Assembly (NCBI GenBank): GCA_035651815.1
Contig: DASRFB010000124.1
Location: 892 to 64,891 of the forward strand
Direction: 5' to 3'
DNA: 64,000 bases
Source of the DNA: Burkholderiales bacterium
GTDB lineage: Bacteria > Pseudomonadota > Gammaproteobacteria > Burkholderiales > SG8-39
Positions 53,227 through 62,778 of the stretch are shown here, in pieces. Position 1 is the first letter of the stretch. Each line of letters starts with the position of its first letter. The translations under genes and the position numbers were made by a program. Under the pieces are notes generated by a model. That model saw only the letters and a list, made by a program, of their open reading frames with translations. It made no database searches and had not been told where the DNA came from.

Positions 53227-53892
53227 ATGAAAAATCTCACATGGCCGTGTGTCGTGGCCGCGTTGCTCGCCGGTTCTAGCTCGTTCTCCTACGCGCAGGA
53301 CAAGAACGCGCTCGAGGGCGCCTACGTCGGCCTCGGCGCCGGTGCGACGCGCGCGCGATTCGTGCAGGACGATTTCGCGACCGGGCTGTCGGGCATCGAA
53401 GAGAGCAAGGACGGAACCGACAAAGGCTACAAGCTGACCTTCGGCGCCAAGCTGAGCCGCTACTGGGCGCTCGAGGTGGGTCGGACCAGCTTCGGCAAGT
53501 TCTCGCACACCTACGACGGCACCGGCAGCGGCATCGGCTCCGTCGTCGAGACCTACAAGTCGGCCGGGTGGTGGGGCAGCGTGCTCGCGATCCTTCCCAT
53601 CGGCAACAGCTTCTCGCTCTTCGGTCGCCTCGGTGAGATGAAGTCGGTCACGACGACCGAATCGACCAACGCGACCGGCACGATCATCGATACGCTGGCG
53701 GCCAACGGCGTGCCCGTGAGCGGCACGAAGAGCAAGCTCAGCACCATTCTCGGGGTCGGCATGCAGATCGATTTCCCCGGGAAGCTCGGCCTGCGCATCG
53801 AGGCCGAGGACTACGGCACTGTGGGCGATTCCGACAACACCGGCCGCGCCCGCATGCGGATGGCCACCGCGAGCCTGATGTACCGCTTCTGA
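53227..53892 (+). CDS. small outer-membrane beta-barrel protein (OmpA-like/OMP_b-brl family)
   Basis: 221 aa. Signal peptide ending SYAQD, alternating amphipathic strands (YVGLGAG, YKLTFGAKL, WALEVG...) and a C-terminal ...ASLMYRF aromatic terminus. AGGGAG RBS. Confidence 0.8.
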   Translation: MKNLTWPCVVAALLAGSSSFSYAQDKNALEGAYVGLGAGATRARFVQDDFATGLSGIEESKDGTDKGYKLTFGAKLSRYWALEVGRTSFGKFSHTYDGTGSGIGSVVETYKSAGWWGSVLAILPIGNSFSLFGRLGEMKSVTTTESTNATGTIIDTLAANGVPVSGTKSKLSTILGVGMQIDFPGKLGLRIEAEDYGTVGDSDNTGRARMRMATASLMYRF

Positions 53893-53899
53893 GCGGCCC

Positions 53900-53923
53900 G
53901 CGCGCCGCGCGAAGGCGGCGCGC
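53900..53923. terminator. GC-rich hairpin between the convergent OMP gene and ubiD (possible bidirectional terminator, no U-tract)
   Basis: GCGCGCCGC-gcgaag-GCGGCGCGC, a 9-bp perfect stem in the 41-nt gap between two stop codons. Confidence 0.3.
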
Positions 53924-53933
53924 CGCCGGCGCC

Positions 53934-55412
53934 TCAGAGTCCCAGGTCCTTCCACATCGCGTCGACGCGGCGCTTGACCGACTCGTCCATGGCGATCGGT
54001 CTGCCCCAGACGCGCGCCGTCTCCGCGGGACCCTTGTGGGTCGCGTCGAGGCCCATCTTCGAGCCGAGTCCGGCGGCCGGGCTCGCGAAGTCCAGGTAAT
54101 CGATCGGCGTGTTCTCGACGATCGTGGTGTCGCGCGCGGCGTCCACGCGCGTCGCGACCGCCCAGACGATCTGCTTCCAGTCGCGGACGTCGACGTCGTC
54201 GTCGACGACCACGATGAACTTCGTGTACGTGAACTGCCGCAGGGCGCTCCAGATACCGAGCATGACGCGCCTCGCGTGCCCGGGATACTGCTTCCTGATG
54301 CTCGCGACCGCGAGCCGGTACGAGCACGCCTCGGGCGGCAGGTAGAAGTCGACGATCTCGGGAAGCTGCTTCTGCAGGATCGGGACGAAGATCTCGTTCA
54401 GCGCGGCGCCCAGCACGGCGGGCTCGTCGGGCGGGCGCCCGGTGTAGGTGGAATGGTAGAGCGGGTCCCGGCGCGTCGTGACGCGCCGCACGGTGAAGAC
54501 CGGAAACCGCTCGCGCTCGTTGTAGTAGCCGGTGTGGTCGCCGAAGGGTCCCTCCTCGGCCGTCTCGCCGGGGCGGATCTCGCCCTCGAGCACGATCTCG
54601 GAGGCCGCCGGCACGTGGAGATCGCTGCCGAGGCACTTCGCGGTCTCGGTCTTCGCGTTGCGCAGCAGGCCCGCGAACTCGTATTCCGAGAGCGTATCGG
54701 GCACGGGCGTGACGGCGGCGAGTATCGTCGCGGGATCGGCGCCGAGCGCGACCGCAACCGGGAAAGGCTCGCCCGGGTGCGCCGCGCAGTGGTCGGCGAA
54801 GTCGAGCGCGCCGCCGCGGTGCGCGAGCCAGCGCATGATGAGCTTGTCGCGCGCGATGAGCTGCTGGCGGTAGACGCCGATATTCTGCCGCGTCTTGCGC
54901 GGGCCGCGCGTCACCGTCAGGCCCCAGGTGAGGAGCGGCCCGGCGTCGCCGGGCCAGCACGTCTGCAGCGGCAGCCGCGACAGGTCCACGTCGGAGCCTT
55001 CGCGGACGATCTCCTGGCACGGCGGCGAGCGCACCTCTTTCGGCGCCATGTGCATCACCTGCCGGCCGATCGGCAGCCAGCGCTCGAGCGCGTCGCGGAC
55101 GCCTTTGGGCGGCTCGGGCTCCTTCAGGAACGCGAGCAGCGTTCCGATCTCCCGCAGCGAGGCGACCGGATCGACCGCGGCGTCGGCGCCCATCGCCAGC
55201 GCCACGCGCCGCACCGTGCCGAACAGGTTCGCGACCACGGGAATCGAATGCCCGGACGGACGCTCGAAGACGAGCGCCGGACCGCCCGCGCGCAGCACGC
55301 GGTCGCAGATCTCGGTCATCTCCAGGCGCGGGTCCACTTCGGCGCGCACGCGCTTCGCCTCGCCGAGCGCCTCGAGCCGCGCGAGGAACGCACGCAGGTC
55401 GCGGTCGGCCAC
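53934..55412 (-). CDS. ubiD: 4-hydroxy-3-polyprenylbenzoate decarboxylase
   Basis: 492 aa from a GTG ([19 protein letters not shown]...). UbiD motifs [23 protein letters not shown]. The longer 53934..55880 ORF is read-through in the frame. Confidence 0.92.
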   Translation of the reverse strand: MADRDLRAFLARLEALGEAKRVRAEVDPRLEMTEICDRVLRAGGPALVFERPSGHSIPVVANLFGTVRRVALAMGADAAVDPVASLREIGTLLAFLKEPEPPKGVRDALERWLPIGRQVMHMAPKEVRSPPCQEIVREGSDVDLSRLPLQTCWPGDAGPLLTWGLTVTRGPRKTRQNIGVYRQQLIARDKLIMRWLAHRGGALDFADHCAAHPGEPFPVAVALGADPATILAAVTPVPDTLSEYEFAGLLRNAKTETAKCLGSDLHVPAASEIVLEGEIRPGETAEEGPFGDHTGYYNERERFPVFTVRRVTTRRDPLYHSTYTGRPPDEPAVLGAALNEIFVPILQKQLPEIVDFYLPPEACSYRLAVASIRKQYPGHARRVMLGIWSALRQFTYTKFIVVVDDDVDVRDWKQIVWAVATRVDAARDTTIVENTPIDYLDFASPAAGLGSKMGLDATHKGPAETARVWGRPIAMDESVKRRVDAMWKDLGL

Positions 55413-56200
55413 TAGACCACCGTGGCCGCGGCGCCGCCATCCATCGGGATGTTGGCGCCGGTCACGTAGCTCGCGCGGTCCGAGGCGAGGAACACCGCCA
55501 CCGCCGCGATCTCCTCCGGAGTGCCGTAGCGGCCGAGCGGGATCGACTGCTCGCCGCGCCGCCGCGCCTCGTCGGGCGATATGCCGGCGGTCCTGCCCTC
55601 CGCCTCGAAGCGCCCGGTCACGCGCTCGGTCAGCGTGACGCCCGGATTGATCGCGTTCACGCGCACGCCCTTCTTGCCGTACGCGGCCGCGAGCCCGGCC
55701 GAGAGCAGCATGAGCGCGGCGTTCGCCGCGCCGCCCGCGAGGTGCGCGGGGCTCGCGATCTTGCCCCCCTGGCCGACGATGTTGACGATCGCGCCGCGGC
55801 CGCGCGCCGCCATGCCCGGCAGCACGGCCTGCATCGCGTGCACGTAGGTGAAGTACTTCGCGTCCATCGCGTCGTGCCACGCCTGCATGTCGAGCTCCTC
55901 GGGCGAATGCCGCCTCGCCGCGCCCGCCGAGTTCACGAGGACGTCGATCGCGCCCGCGCGGCGCTCGAGCTCGGCCACTGCCGCCATCGCGCCGCGCGGG
56001 TCGCCCAGGTCGGCGGCGATCGACGTCACGTCGTGTCCTTTCGCCCGCAGCTTCGCCTCGGCCGCCGCCAGATTGTCGCGACTGCGCGAAGCGATCGCGA
56101 CGCGCGCGCCTTCCGCGGCGAACGCGCCGGCGCAGGCCAGGCCGATCCCCTTGCTGCCGCCGGTGACGAGCACGACACGCCCCTTCAGACCGAGATCCAC
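55412..56200 (-). CDS. SDR-fold (short-chain dehydrogenase-like) protein lacking the canonical Ser-Tyr-Lys catalytic residues
   Basis: 262 aa from a GTG. Rossmann motif [14 protein letters not shown] and ...NAINPG are present. The FabG-equivalent Ser/Tyr/Lys positions read G/G/N ([23 protein letters not shown]). Overlaps ubiA by 16 nt and ubiD by 1 nt. Confidence 0.8.
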   Translation of the reverse strand: MDLGLKGRVVLVTGGSKGIGLACAGAFAAEGARVAIASRSRDNLAAAEAKLRAKGHDVTSIAADLGDPRGAMAAVAELERRAGAIDVLVNSAGAARRHSPEELDMQAWHDAMDAKYFTYVHAMQAVLPGMAARGRGAIVNIVGQGGKIASPAHLAGGAANAALMLLSAGLAAAYGKKGVRVNAINPGVTLTERVTGRFEAEGRTAGISPDEARRRGEQSIPLGRYGTPEEIAAVAVFLASDRASYVTGANIPMDGGAAATVV

Positions 56201-57081
56201 GGATAGAGTCCTTTCGTCGCGAAGTCGGCGAAGATTCCGGCGAAGACCACCGCGCCGACCCAGTTGTTCTGGTTGAACGCCTTGAAGCACGCGTCGCGAT
56301 CGCGCGTGCGGACGAGGCGGTAATGGTGGAGCATGAGGGCGCCCGCGACGGCGAGGCCGCCGTAGTACAGCGGGCCCATGCGGTAATGCGTCCCGATGCC
56401 GGCGAGCACCGCCAGCGTGGCCGCGTAGCAGATCATCACCGCGGCGACGTCGAAGCGGCCGAACGTGATCGCGGCCGTCTTGATACCGATGCGCACGTCG
56501 TCGTCGCGGTCGACCATCGCGTATTCGGTGTCGTACGCGACCGCCCAGAAGATGTTCGCGAGCAGAAGCATCCACGCGACCGCCGGCACGATCCCCAGGA
56601 CGGCCGCGTACCCCATGGGAATTCCGAAGCCGAAGGCGATGCCCAGGTAGGCCTGGGGCAAGGCGAGGAAGCGCTTGGTGAGCGGATAGGTCGCGGCGAG
56701 CCCCAGGGCCGCGAACGACAGGATGATCGCGAGACGATCGAGCGTCAGGACGAGCCCGAAAGCCGCGAGCGACAGAAGCGCGGCGAGGACGAGCGCCTCG
56801 CCGCGCCCGAGCGCGCCGGCCGCGAGCGGCCGCTCGCGCGTGCGCTTCACCTTGGCGTCGTATCGCCAGTCGGCGATATCGTTCATCACGCAACCCGCCG
56901 AGCGCATCAGCAGCGTGCCGAGCATGAAGATCCATACGATCCAGGCGTCCGGGCGTCCCGCCGACGCGAACCACAGGGCCCACAGCGTGGGCCACAGCAG
57001 CAGCAGCGTGCCGATCGGCTTGTCGAGGCGCATCAGGCGCTCGTACAGCGTGATGCGGTCGGCGATGGCGCGCAATCTCAT
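56185..57081 (-). CDS. ubiA: 4-hydroxybenzoate octaprenyltransferase
   Basis: 298 aa. [16 protein letters not shown], first Asp-rich motif NDIADWRYD, multi-TM. Confidence 0.93.
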   Translation of the reverse strand: MRLRAIADRITLYERLMRLDKPIGTLLLLWPTLWALWFASAGRPDAWIVWIFMLGTLLMRSAGCVMNDIADWRYDAKVKRTRERPLAAGALGRGEALVLAALLSLAAFGLVLTLDRLAIILSFAALGLAATYPLTKRFLALPQAYLGIAFGFGIPMGYAAVLGIVPAVAWMLLLANIFWAVAYDTEYAMVDRDDDVRIGIKTAAITFGRFDVAAVMICYAATLAVLAGIGTHYRMGPLYYGGLAVAGALMLHHYRLVRTRDRDACFKAFNQNNWVGAVVFAGIFADFATKGLYPWISV

Positions 57082-57109
57082 GGCGGGGGAATTCTAGCGC
57101 GCCGGACGC

Positions 57110-59272
57110 TCATGCCCGCAGGAACTCGACGCGGCCGCCGAGCCAGCGATCGAGGTGACGTTGGGCGGATCCCGGGTGCTCGTCGAGCAGCCGCTCGGCA
57201 GCGCCGCTCGCGAGCTCGACCAGGTCCGCGTCGGCGACGAGGTCCGCGAAGCGCAGCAGCGGAGCGCCGCTCTGGCGCGAACCGAGCACCTCGCCCGGTC
57301 CGCGCAGCGCCAGGTCCTCGCGCGCGATCGCGAAGCCGTCGGTGTTCTCGTAGATGACGCGCAGGCGCCGGCGCGCCGCGTCTCCGGGCGGGTTCTGGAA
57401 CAGCAGCACGCACACCGACTGCTCCGCGCCGCGGCCGACGCGGCCGCGCAGCTGGTGGAGCTGCGCCAGGCCGAAGCGTTCGGCGTGCTCGATCACCATG
57501 AGCGAGGCGTTCGGGACGTCGACGCCCACCTCGACGACGGTGGTCGCGACCAGCAGCTGGATCTCCCCCGACACGAACGCCGCCATCGTCGCCGCCTTCT
57601 CCGCGGGCTTCAGCTTTCCGTGGAGCAGCCCCACCCGCAGATCGGAGAGCTCGGCACCGAGGGCCGCGTGCGTCTCGAGGACGGTCTGCAGCTGCAGCTG
57701 CTCCGATTCCTCGATCAGCGGGCAGATCCAGTACGCCTGGCGCCCCGCGCGGCAGGCCTCGCGGATGCGCCGCACCACCTCGGCGCGACGCGAGTCCGCC
57801 ACGAGCTTGGTGATCACCGGCCGGCGCCCCGGCGGCAGCTCGTCGATCACCGAGACATCGAGATCGGCATAGAAGCTCATCGCGAGCGTCCGCGGAATCG
57901 GCGTGGCGCTCATCATGAGCACGTGCGGCTCGGCGCCCTTCGCCCGCAACGCCAGCCGCTGCTCGACGCCGAAGCGGTGCTGCTCGTCGACGATGGCGAG
58001 CCCGAGCGCACGCAGCCGCGCCTTCTCCTGGATGAGCGCGTGCGTCCCGACGACGACCGGGGCCTCGCCGGACGAGGCCGCGGCGAGCGCCGCCTTTCTC
58101 TCCCTGGCCGACTGACCTCCGCCCAGCCACGCGACCGGAAGGCCGAGCGGCCCGAGCCATTCGGCGAACTTGCGGTAATGCTGCTCGGCGAGGATCTCGG
58201 TGGGCGCCATCACGGCCGCCTGCAGGCCGTGCTCGACGGCGCGCAGCGCGGCGAGCACGGCGACCACGGTCTTGCCGCTGCCGACGTCGCCCTGGAGCAG
58301 CCGGTGCATCGGATGCGGCTGGGCGAGGTCGCGCTCGATCTCGCTCCAGGCGCGGCCTTGCGCGCCGGTCAGGCGAAACGGCAGCCGCTCGACCAGCGCC
58401 GCGGTGTGCGTGCGCTTCGGGGCGAGCGCGCGGGCGGCCCTCGCCTTGCGCTCGCGGTAGTGCCTGCGCATCGACAACTGCTGCGCGAGCAGCTCGTCGA
58501 ACTTGACGCGCCGCCACGCCGGCTCGGTGCGCGCGAGCAGGTCGTGGCTGTCCGCGCCGGGCAGCGGGTGGTGGAGCGCATCGATCGCTTCGCGAAAGCC
58601 GCACAGCCCCAGGCGCGCGAGCAGCTCCGGGGGCAGGGTCTCGTCGAGCGCCGCGCGTCCGAGCGCGCTCGCGATGGCGCGCCTGAGGTCGGCTTGCGAC
58701 AGCCCCGCGGTCGTCGGATAGATCGGCGTGAGCGCCGTCGGCAGCGGCGACTCGCCGCGCAGGACGCGGAAGCGCGGATGGATCATCTCGCCGCCGAAGA
58801 AGCCCGAGCGCAGCTCGCCGAAGGCGCGCACCCTGACCCCGGGGGCCAGCGCCTTCACCTGGCTCGCCCAGAACCTGAAGAACCTGAACACCACCTCGCC
58901 CGACTCGTCCGCGACGCGGCAGACGAGCTGGCGCTTCGGACGGTACGCGATGTCGGTGGAGCGCACCACGCCTTCGACCTGGACCGCCGCGCCCGACGGC
59001 GCGCCGGCGATAGGCGTGATGCGCGTCTCGTCCTCGTAACGCAGCGGCAGATGCAGAACGAGATCGAATTCGCGGCGGATGCCGAGGCGCTCGAGCCGCT
59101 TCGCGGCGGAGGACGCTTCGCGCGAAGGCGGACGGACGCGGGCGTCGGCGGCGTTGCGGGCGCTCTTCGACAATGGGCAGCGTATAGTTGCGGGCCGCGC
59201 CGACAGCGACCCGGGAACCGCGGACTTATAATCGCTCCGGAGCGGGCGGTCCGACTCCATCTTAAATGACAT
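57110..59272 (-). CDS. recG: ATP-dependent DNA helicase RecG
   Basis: DLVLHLPLRYEDET wedge region, Walker A GDVGSGKT, DEQHRFGV, SATPIPRT, QLHQLRGRVGRG. The start is uncertain (ATG 59272 or 59260, or an internal TTG near 59173). Confidence 0.93.
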   Translation of the reverse strand: MSFKMESDRPLRSDYKSAVPGSLSARPATIRCPLSKSARNAADARVRPPSREASSAAKRLERLGIRREFDLVLHLPLRYEDETRITPIAGAPSGAAVQVEGVVRSTDIAYRPKRQLVCRVADESGEVVFRFFRFWASQVKALAPGVRVRAFGELRSGFFGGEMIHPRFRVLRGESPLPTALTPIYPTTAGLSQADLRRAIASALGRAALDETLPPELLARLGLCGFREAIDALHHPLPGADSHDLLARTEPAWRRVKFDELLAQQLSMRRHYRERKARAARALAPKRTHTAALVERLPFRLTGAQGRAWSEIERDLAQPHPMHRLLQGDVGSGKTVVAVLAALRAVEHGLQAAVMAPTEILAEQHYRKFAEWLGPLGLPVAWLGGGQSARERKAALAAASSGEAPVVVGTHALIQEKARLRALGLAIVDEQHRFGVEQRLALRAKGAEPHVLMMSATPIPRTLAMSFYADLDVSVIDELPPGRRPVITKLVADSRRAEVVRRIREACRAGRQAYWICPLIEESEQLQLQTVLETHAALGAELSDLRVGLLHGKLKPAEKAATMAAFVSGEIQLLVATTVVEVGVDVPNASLMVIEHAERFGLAQLHQLRGRVGRGAEQSVCVLLFQNPPGDAARRRLRVIYENTDGFAIAREDLALRGPGEVLGSRQSGAPLLRFADLVADADLVELASGAAERLLDEHPGSAQRHLDRWLGGRVEFLRA

Positions 59273-59607
59273 CCTCCGTCATCGCCAATCTGCAGAAGCT
59301 GATCGGGACGCCGCGCGACGGCGCGCTGCTGCGATACTCGCTGGGCAACGAATATCTCAAGTCCGGCGATGCCGACAGCGCCGCCGCGCAGCTGCGCGAA
59401 GCGGTGAGCCGCGACGCCGGGTATTCCGCGGCGTGGAAGCTGCTCGGCAAGGCCCTCGCCGACTGCGGACGCCTCGCCGACGCGCTCGCCGCCTACCGCG
59501 AAGGCATCGCCGTCGCCGAGCGCAAAGGCGACAAGCAGGCCGCCAAGGAGATGACGGTGTTCTCGCGCCGGATCGAAAAGCAGCTCGAAGCCGGGCGCGA
59601 CCGCTGA
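59266..59607 (+). CDS. small TPR-repeat protein
   Basis: 113 aa. LLRYSLGNEYLKSGDADSAAAQLREAV...YSAAWKLLGKALADCGRLADALAAYREGI forms two or three TPR-like helices. Directly followed (1 nt) by the permease gene. Confidence 0.75.
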   Translation: MTSSVIANLQKLIGTPRDGALLRYSLGNEYLKSGDADSAAAQLREAVSRDAGYSAAWKLLGKALADCGRLADALAAYREGIAVAERKGDKQAAKEMTVFSRRIEKQLEAGRDR

Positions 59608-59608
59608 C

Positions 59609-61573
59609 ATGCCGCTCGCCGCCCTCAGGCGCAAGCTCTTCGGCAAGCCGCTCGATCCCCTCGACACCCGCACCCGGCACAACATCGCGCTCGTCGCGTT
59701 CTTCGCCTGGGTCGGGCTGGGCGCGGACGGCATCTCGTCCTCCTGCTACGGCCCGGAGGAGGCGTTCCGGGCGCTCGGCGACCACACGCACCTGGGCCTG
59801 TATCTCGCCATCGCGGTCGCGGTCACCGTGTTCATCATCGCGCTCGCGTACAACCAGGTGATCGAGCTGTTCCCGACGGGCGGCGGCGGCTATCGCGTCT
59901 CGACCCGGCTGCTGGGGCCTTACGCCGGCCTCGTGTCGGGCGCGGCGCTCGTCCTCGATTACGTGCTGACCATCGCCATCTCGATCGCGAGCGGCGTCGA
60001 CGCGCTGTACTCGCTGCTGCCGCTCAGCCTCCAGCCCTACAAGCTGATCACCGAGGGGACGCTGATCCTGGTCCTGACCGGGCTGAACCTGCGCGGCATG
60101 CGCGAGGCGATCACGGTCCTGCTGCCGATATTCCTGGGCTTCATCGTGACCCACGCCTTCCTCATCGTCTACGGCGTGCTCACCCACGCGCCCGAGCTGC
60201 CGACGCTGGTGCCCGAGACCGTCTCGGAGACGTACGCCCTCGCCTCGCAGCTCGGGTGGACCGGCGTGGCCGCGCTGCTCTTACTCGCGTACTCACAGGG
60301 GGGCGGCACCTACACCGGCCTGGAAGCCGTCTCCAACAACGTGAACGTGCTCGCCGAGCCGCGCGTGCACACCGGCAAGGTGACGATGCTGTACATGGCG
60401 ACGTCGCTCGCGTTCACGGCGGGCGGCATCGTGCTGCTGTACCTGCTGTGGGACGCGAAGCCGGTCGAGGGCCAGACGCTCAACGCGGTCGCCTTCGGCT
60501 CGATCATCGAGAGCTTCGGCTGGGCGAGCCCGTGGATGAACCAGGCCGGCCTGGTCGTGGTGCTCGCGCTCGAGGCCGGGCTGCTGTTCGTCGCCGCGAA
60601 TACCGGCTTCCTCGGCGGCCCGGCGGTGCTCGCGAACATGTCGTTCGACTCGTGGGTCCCGCACAAATTCCGGTATCTGTCGGCGCGCCTGGTGACCGAG
60701 AACGGCATCCTGGTCATGGGCGTCGCGGCGCTCGGCATCCTGCTGTGGACCGACGGCAGCGTGTCCACGCTGGTCGTCCTCTACAGCATCAGCGTGTTCC
60801 TCACCTTCGCCATCTCGCTCTTCGGCCTGTGCGTGTACTGGGGATGGCACCGGCGCGAGCGCCACTGGCTGCGGCGCCTGCTGCTGTCGGCCGCGGGATT
60901 CGTCGTCTGCGCCGGCATCCTGCTCATGCTCATGGCGCAGAAGTTCCTCGAGGGCGGCTGGCTGACGGCGCTGATCATCGGCGCGATCGTCGGCGTCTGC
61001 ATCGCCATCCGCATGCACTACAACTGGACGCGGCAGCAGATCCGCAAGCTCGATGCGCAGTACGCCGATCTGCCGTTCGGCAGCGTCGCCACGGCGCCCA
61101 AGCCCGATCCGGGCCAGCCGACCGCGGTGTTCCTCGTCGGCTCCTCGCGCGGCGGCGGGATGCACGCGCTGCTGTGGGTGCAGCGCATGTTCCCGAACCA
61201 CTTCCGCAACTTCATCTTCGTCAACGCGCGCGCGGTCGACTCGCAGAGCTTCGGCGGACGCCAGCAGATGGACGCGATGGAGGTGGAGGCGAAGTCGGCG
61301 CTCGGCTACTTCGTCAACTACTGCAACAGCAAGGGCTGGGCGGCGAAATCGTATCTTTCGTTCGGGACCGATCCGATCGACGAGTTCACGCGGCTCGCGC
61401 AGCGCGTGCACGCGGAGTTCCCGAACAGCATCTTCTTCACGAGCAAGCTGGTGTTCGACAACGAGAACTGGTTCGTGCGCCTGCTGCACAACCAGGCGGC
61501 GACGGTGCTGCAGCGCAGATTCCACCTGCGCGGCATGCAGATGGTGATCCTGCCGATGAAGCTGTCGGTCTAG
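59609..61573 (+). CDS. APC-superfamily permease with a C-terminal cytoplasmic domain of about 200 aa
   Basis: 654 aa. About 12 TM helices with APC-type N-terminus (GLGADGISSSCYGPEE), then a soluble C-terminal region (from about residue 450) that I cannot assign. Confidence 0.8.
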   Translation: MPLAALRRKLFGKPLDPLDTRTRHNIALVAFFAWVGLGADGISSSCYGPEEAFRALGDHTHLGLYLAIAVAVTVFIIALAYNQVIELFPTGGGGYRVSTRLLGPYAGLVSGAALVLDYVLTIAISIASGVDALYSLLPLSLQPYKLITEGTLILVLTGLNLRGMREAITVLLPIFLGFIVTHAFLIVYGVLTHAPELPTLVPETVSETYALASQLGWTGVAALLLLAYSQGGGTYTGLEAVSNNVNVLAEPRVHTGKVTMLYMATSLAFTAGGIVLLYLLWDAKPVEGQTLNAVAFGSIIESFGWASPWMNQAGLVVVLALEAGLLFVAANTGFLGGPAVLANMSFDSWVPHKFRYLSARLVTENGILVMGVAALGILLWTDGSVSTLVVLYSISVFLTFAISLFGLCVYWGWHRRERHWLRRLLLSAAGFVVCAGILLMLMAQKFLEGGWLTALIIGAIVGVCIAIRMHYNWTRQQIRKLDAQYADLPFGSVATAPKPDPGQPTAVFLVGSSRGGGMHALLWVQRMFPNHFRNFIFVNARAVDSQSFGGRQQMDAMEVEAKSALGYFVNYCNSKGWAAKSYLSFGTDPIDEFTRLAQRVHAEFPNSIFFTSKLVFDNENWFVRLLHNQAATVLQRRFHLRGMQMVILPMKLSV

Positions 61574-61578
61574 CCGGC

Positions 61579-61953
61579 CTACGCGGGCCGCGGCGAGTCG
61601 AGCTCGCTCGCGAAGAACGCGACGATGCCGGTCGCGAAGTGGCGCTTGGCGATGTAGCCGTCGGCGCCCGCGGCGCGGGCGGCGGCGCGGAAATCGTCAG
61701 ACTCGTTGAGCGAAACCACCACCACGCGCACGTCGGGCTCGATGGCCTTGATGTGGCGCACCGCCGCCAGCCCGCCCGTGCCGGGCATGTTGATGTCCAT
61801 GATGATCACGTCGGGCCGGTCGCTCAGGACCGCCTTCACGGCGTCGGCGCCATTGCCCGCCGTGGCGACGGCGACGACTGCCTCGAGCTCCGAGAGAAAG
61901 CGGCTCGCGGCGCGTATGAAGTACGGGCTGTCGTCGACGAGAAGTACCTTCAT
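61579..61953 (-). CDS. single-domain CheY-like response regulator
   Basis: 124 aa from the internal ATG. MKVLLVDDS, DVIIMDINMPGTGG, GADGYIAKR. No output domain. Confidence 0.8.
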   Translation of the reverse strand: MKVLLVDDSPYFIRAASRFLSELEAVVAVATAGNGADAVKAVLSDRPDVIIMDINMPGTGGLAAVRHIKAIEPDVRVVVVSLNESDDFRAAARAAGADGYIAKRHFATGIVAFFASELDSPRPA

Positions 61954-62127
61954 CGGTCCCCGGTCAGCCGCGGATTCGACGGCGTCCGCGAGGCTGGTTT
62001 TGCGTGCAGTTTCAGTGCGTTCCATTGACGTCGTCAGGGTATCTCGGACACCCTCGACGGCCAATCGGGCGCCTCCCGAAACCCGGGTTCGAAATACCCT
62101 AGGGTGCCGAACGGCGGATACGAGGCG

Positions 62128-62778
62128 TTACTTTTCCGCGCTGATGAGACCGATGCGGATGGCGTAGCGCACCAGGCCGGCGACGTCGTGGATCTCGAGG
62201 CGCTCCATGAGCTGTGTGCGGTGCGTCTCCACCGTCTTCACGCTGACTCCCATGCGATACGCGATCTCCTTGGTCGACAGGCCCTCGGCGATCATCTGCA
62301 GCACCTCGCGCTGACGCGGGGTGAGCTGCTCGGCCGGGTGCTTGTCCCCGCCCGGCCGCAGAACGTAGCTCTCGACCACCTGCTTCGAGACGGCCGGGCT
62401 CAGGTACACCTCTCCGCGCATCACCGCCTGCAGCGCGATGCCGAGCTCGGCGGTGGCCGCGTCCTTCATCAGGTAGCCGGAGGCGCCGGCGCGAATCGCC
62501 TGCTGCACGTAGTCGCCGGTTCCGTGCATCGAGAGAATGACGACACGCGTGCCGGGAAAGTCGCGCTTGATCTGGATCGTCGTCTCGAGGCCGTTCAGGT
62601 CCTTCATCGCGATGTCCATCAGCACGACGTCGGGCTGCTGCGACTTCAACTGCGCGAGCGCCTCGCGGCCGTTGCTGGCCTCGCCGACGACGGCGTATCC
62701 TTCCATGCCGTCGAGCAGCGAGCGGATGCCGGCCCGCACCAGCGTGTGATCGTCAACGAGCAGTACTCGAACCGGCAT
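62128..62778 (-). CDS. NarL/FixJ-family (LuxR-type HTH) response regulator
   Basis: 216 aa. VRVLLVDDH, DVVLMDIAMKDLNG, C-terminal LTPRQREVLQMIAEGLSTKEIAYRMGVSVKTVETHR. Confidence 0.92.
   Translation of the reverse strand: MPVRVLLVDDHTLVRAGIRSLLDGMEGYAVVGEASNGREALAQLKSQQPDVVLMDIAMKDLNGLETTIQIKRDFPGTRVVILSMHGTGDYVQQAIRAGASGYLMKDAATAELGIALQAVMRGEVYLSPAVSKQVVESYVLRPGGDKHPAEQLTPRQREVLQMIAEGLSTKEIAYRMGVSVKTVETHRTQLMERLEIHDVAGLVRYAIRIGLISAEK

Noticed and set aside
53227-53892. OMP gene as a horizontally acquired island because of locally lower G+C.
   Set aside because: Third-codon positions remain GC-biased, there are no mobility genes or repeats, and the lower G+C is explained by Lys/Thr/Ser/Phe-rich barrel composition. 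It is kept only as a low-interest finding.
53934-56995. Apparent long fusion ORFs (53934..55880 at 648 aa, 55412..56995 at 527 aa). Similar N-terminal extensions occur at 2303..4048, 14669..15838, 30256..32415 and 34671..36323.
   Set aside because: The upstream parts are read-through of open frames over the preceding gene. Internal ATG/GTG starts reproduce the expected family N-termini (UbiD, SDR, MltA lipobox, PlsC, HemF, HemD) and give typical lengths, often with 1-4-nt start/stop overlaps.
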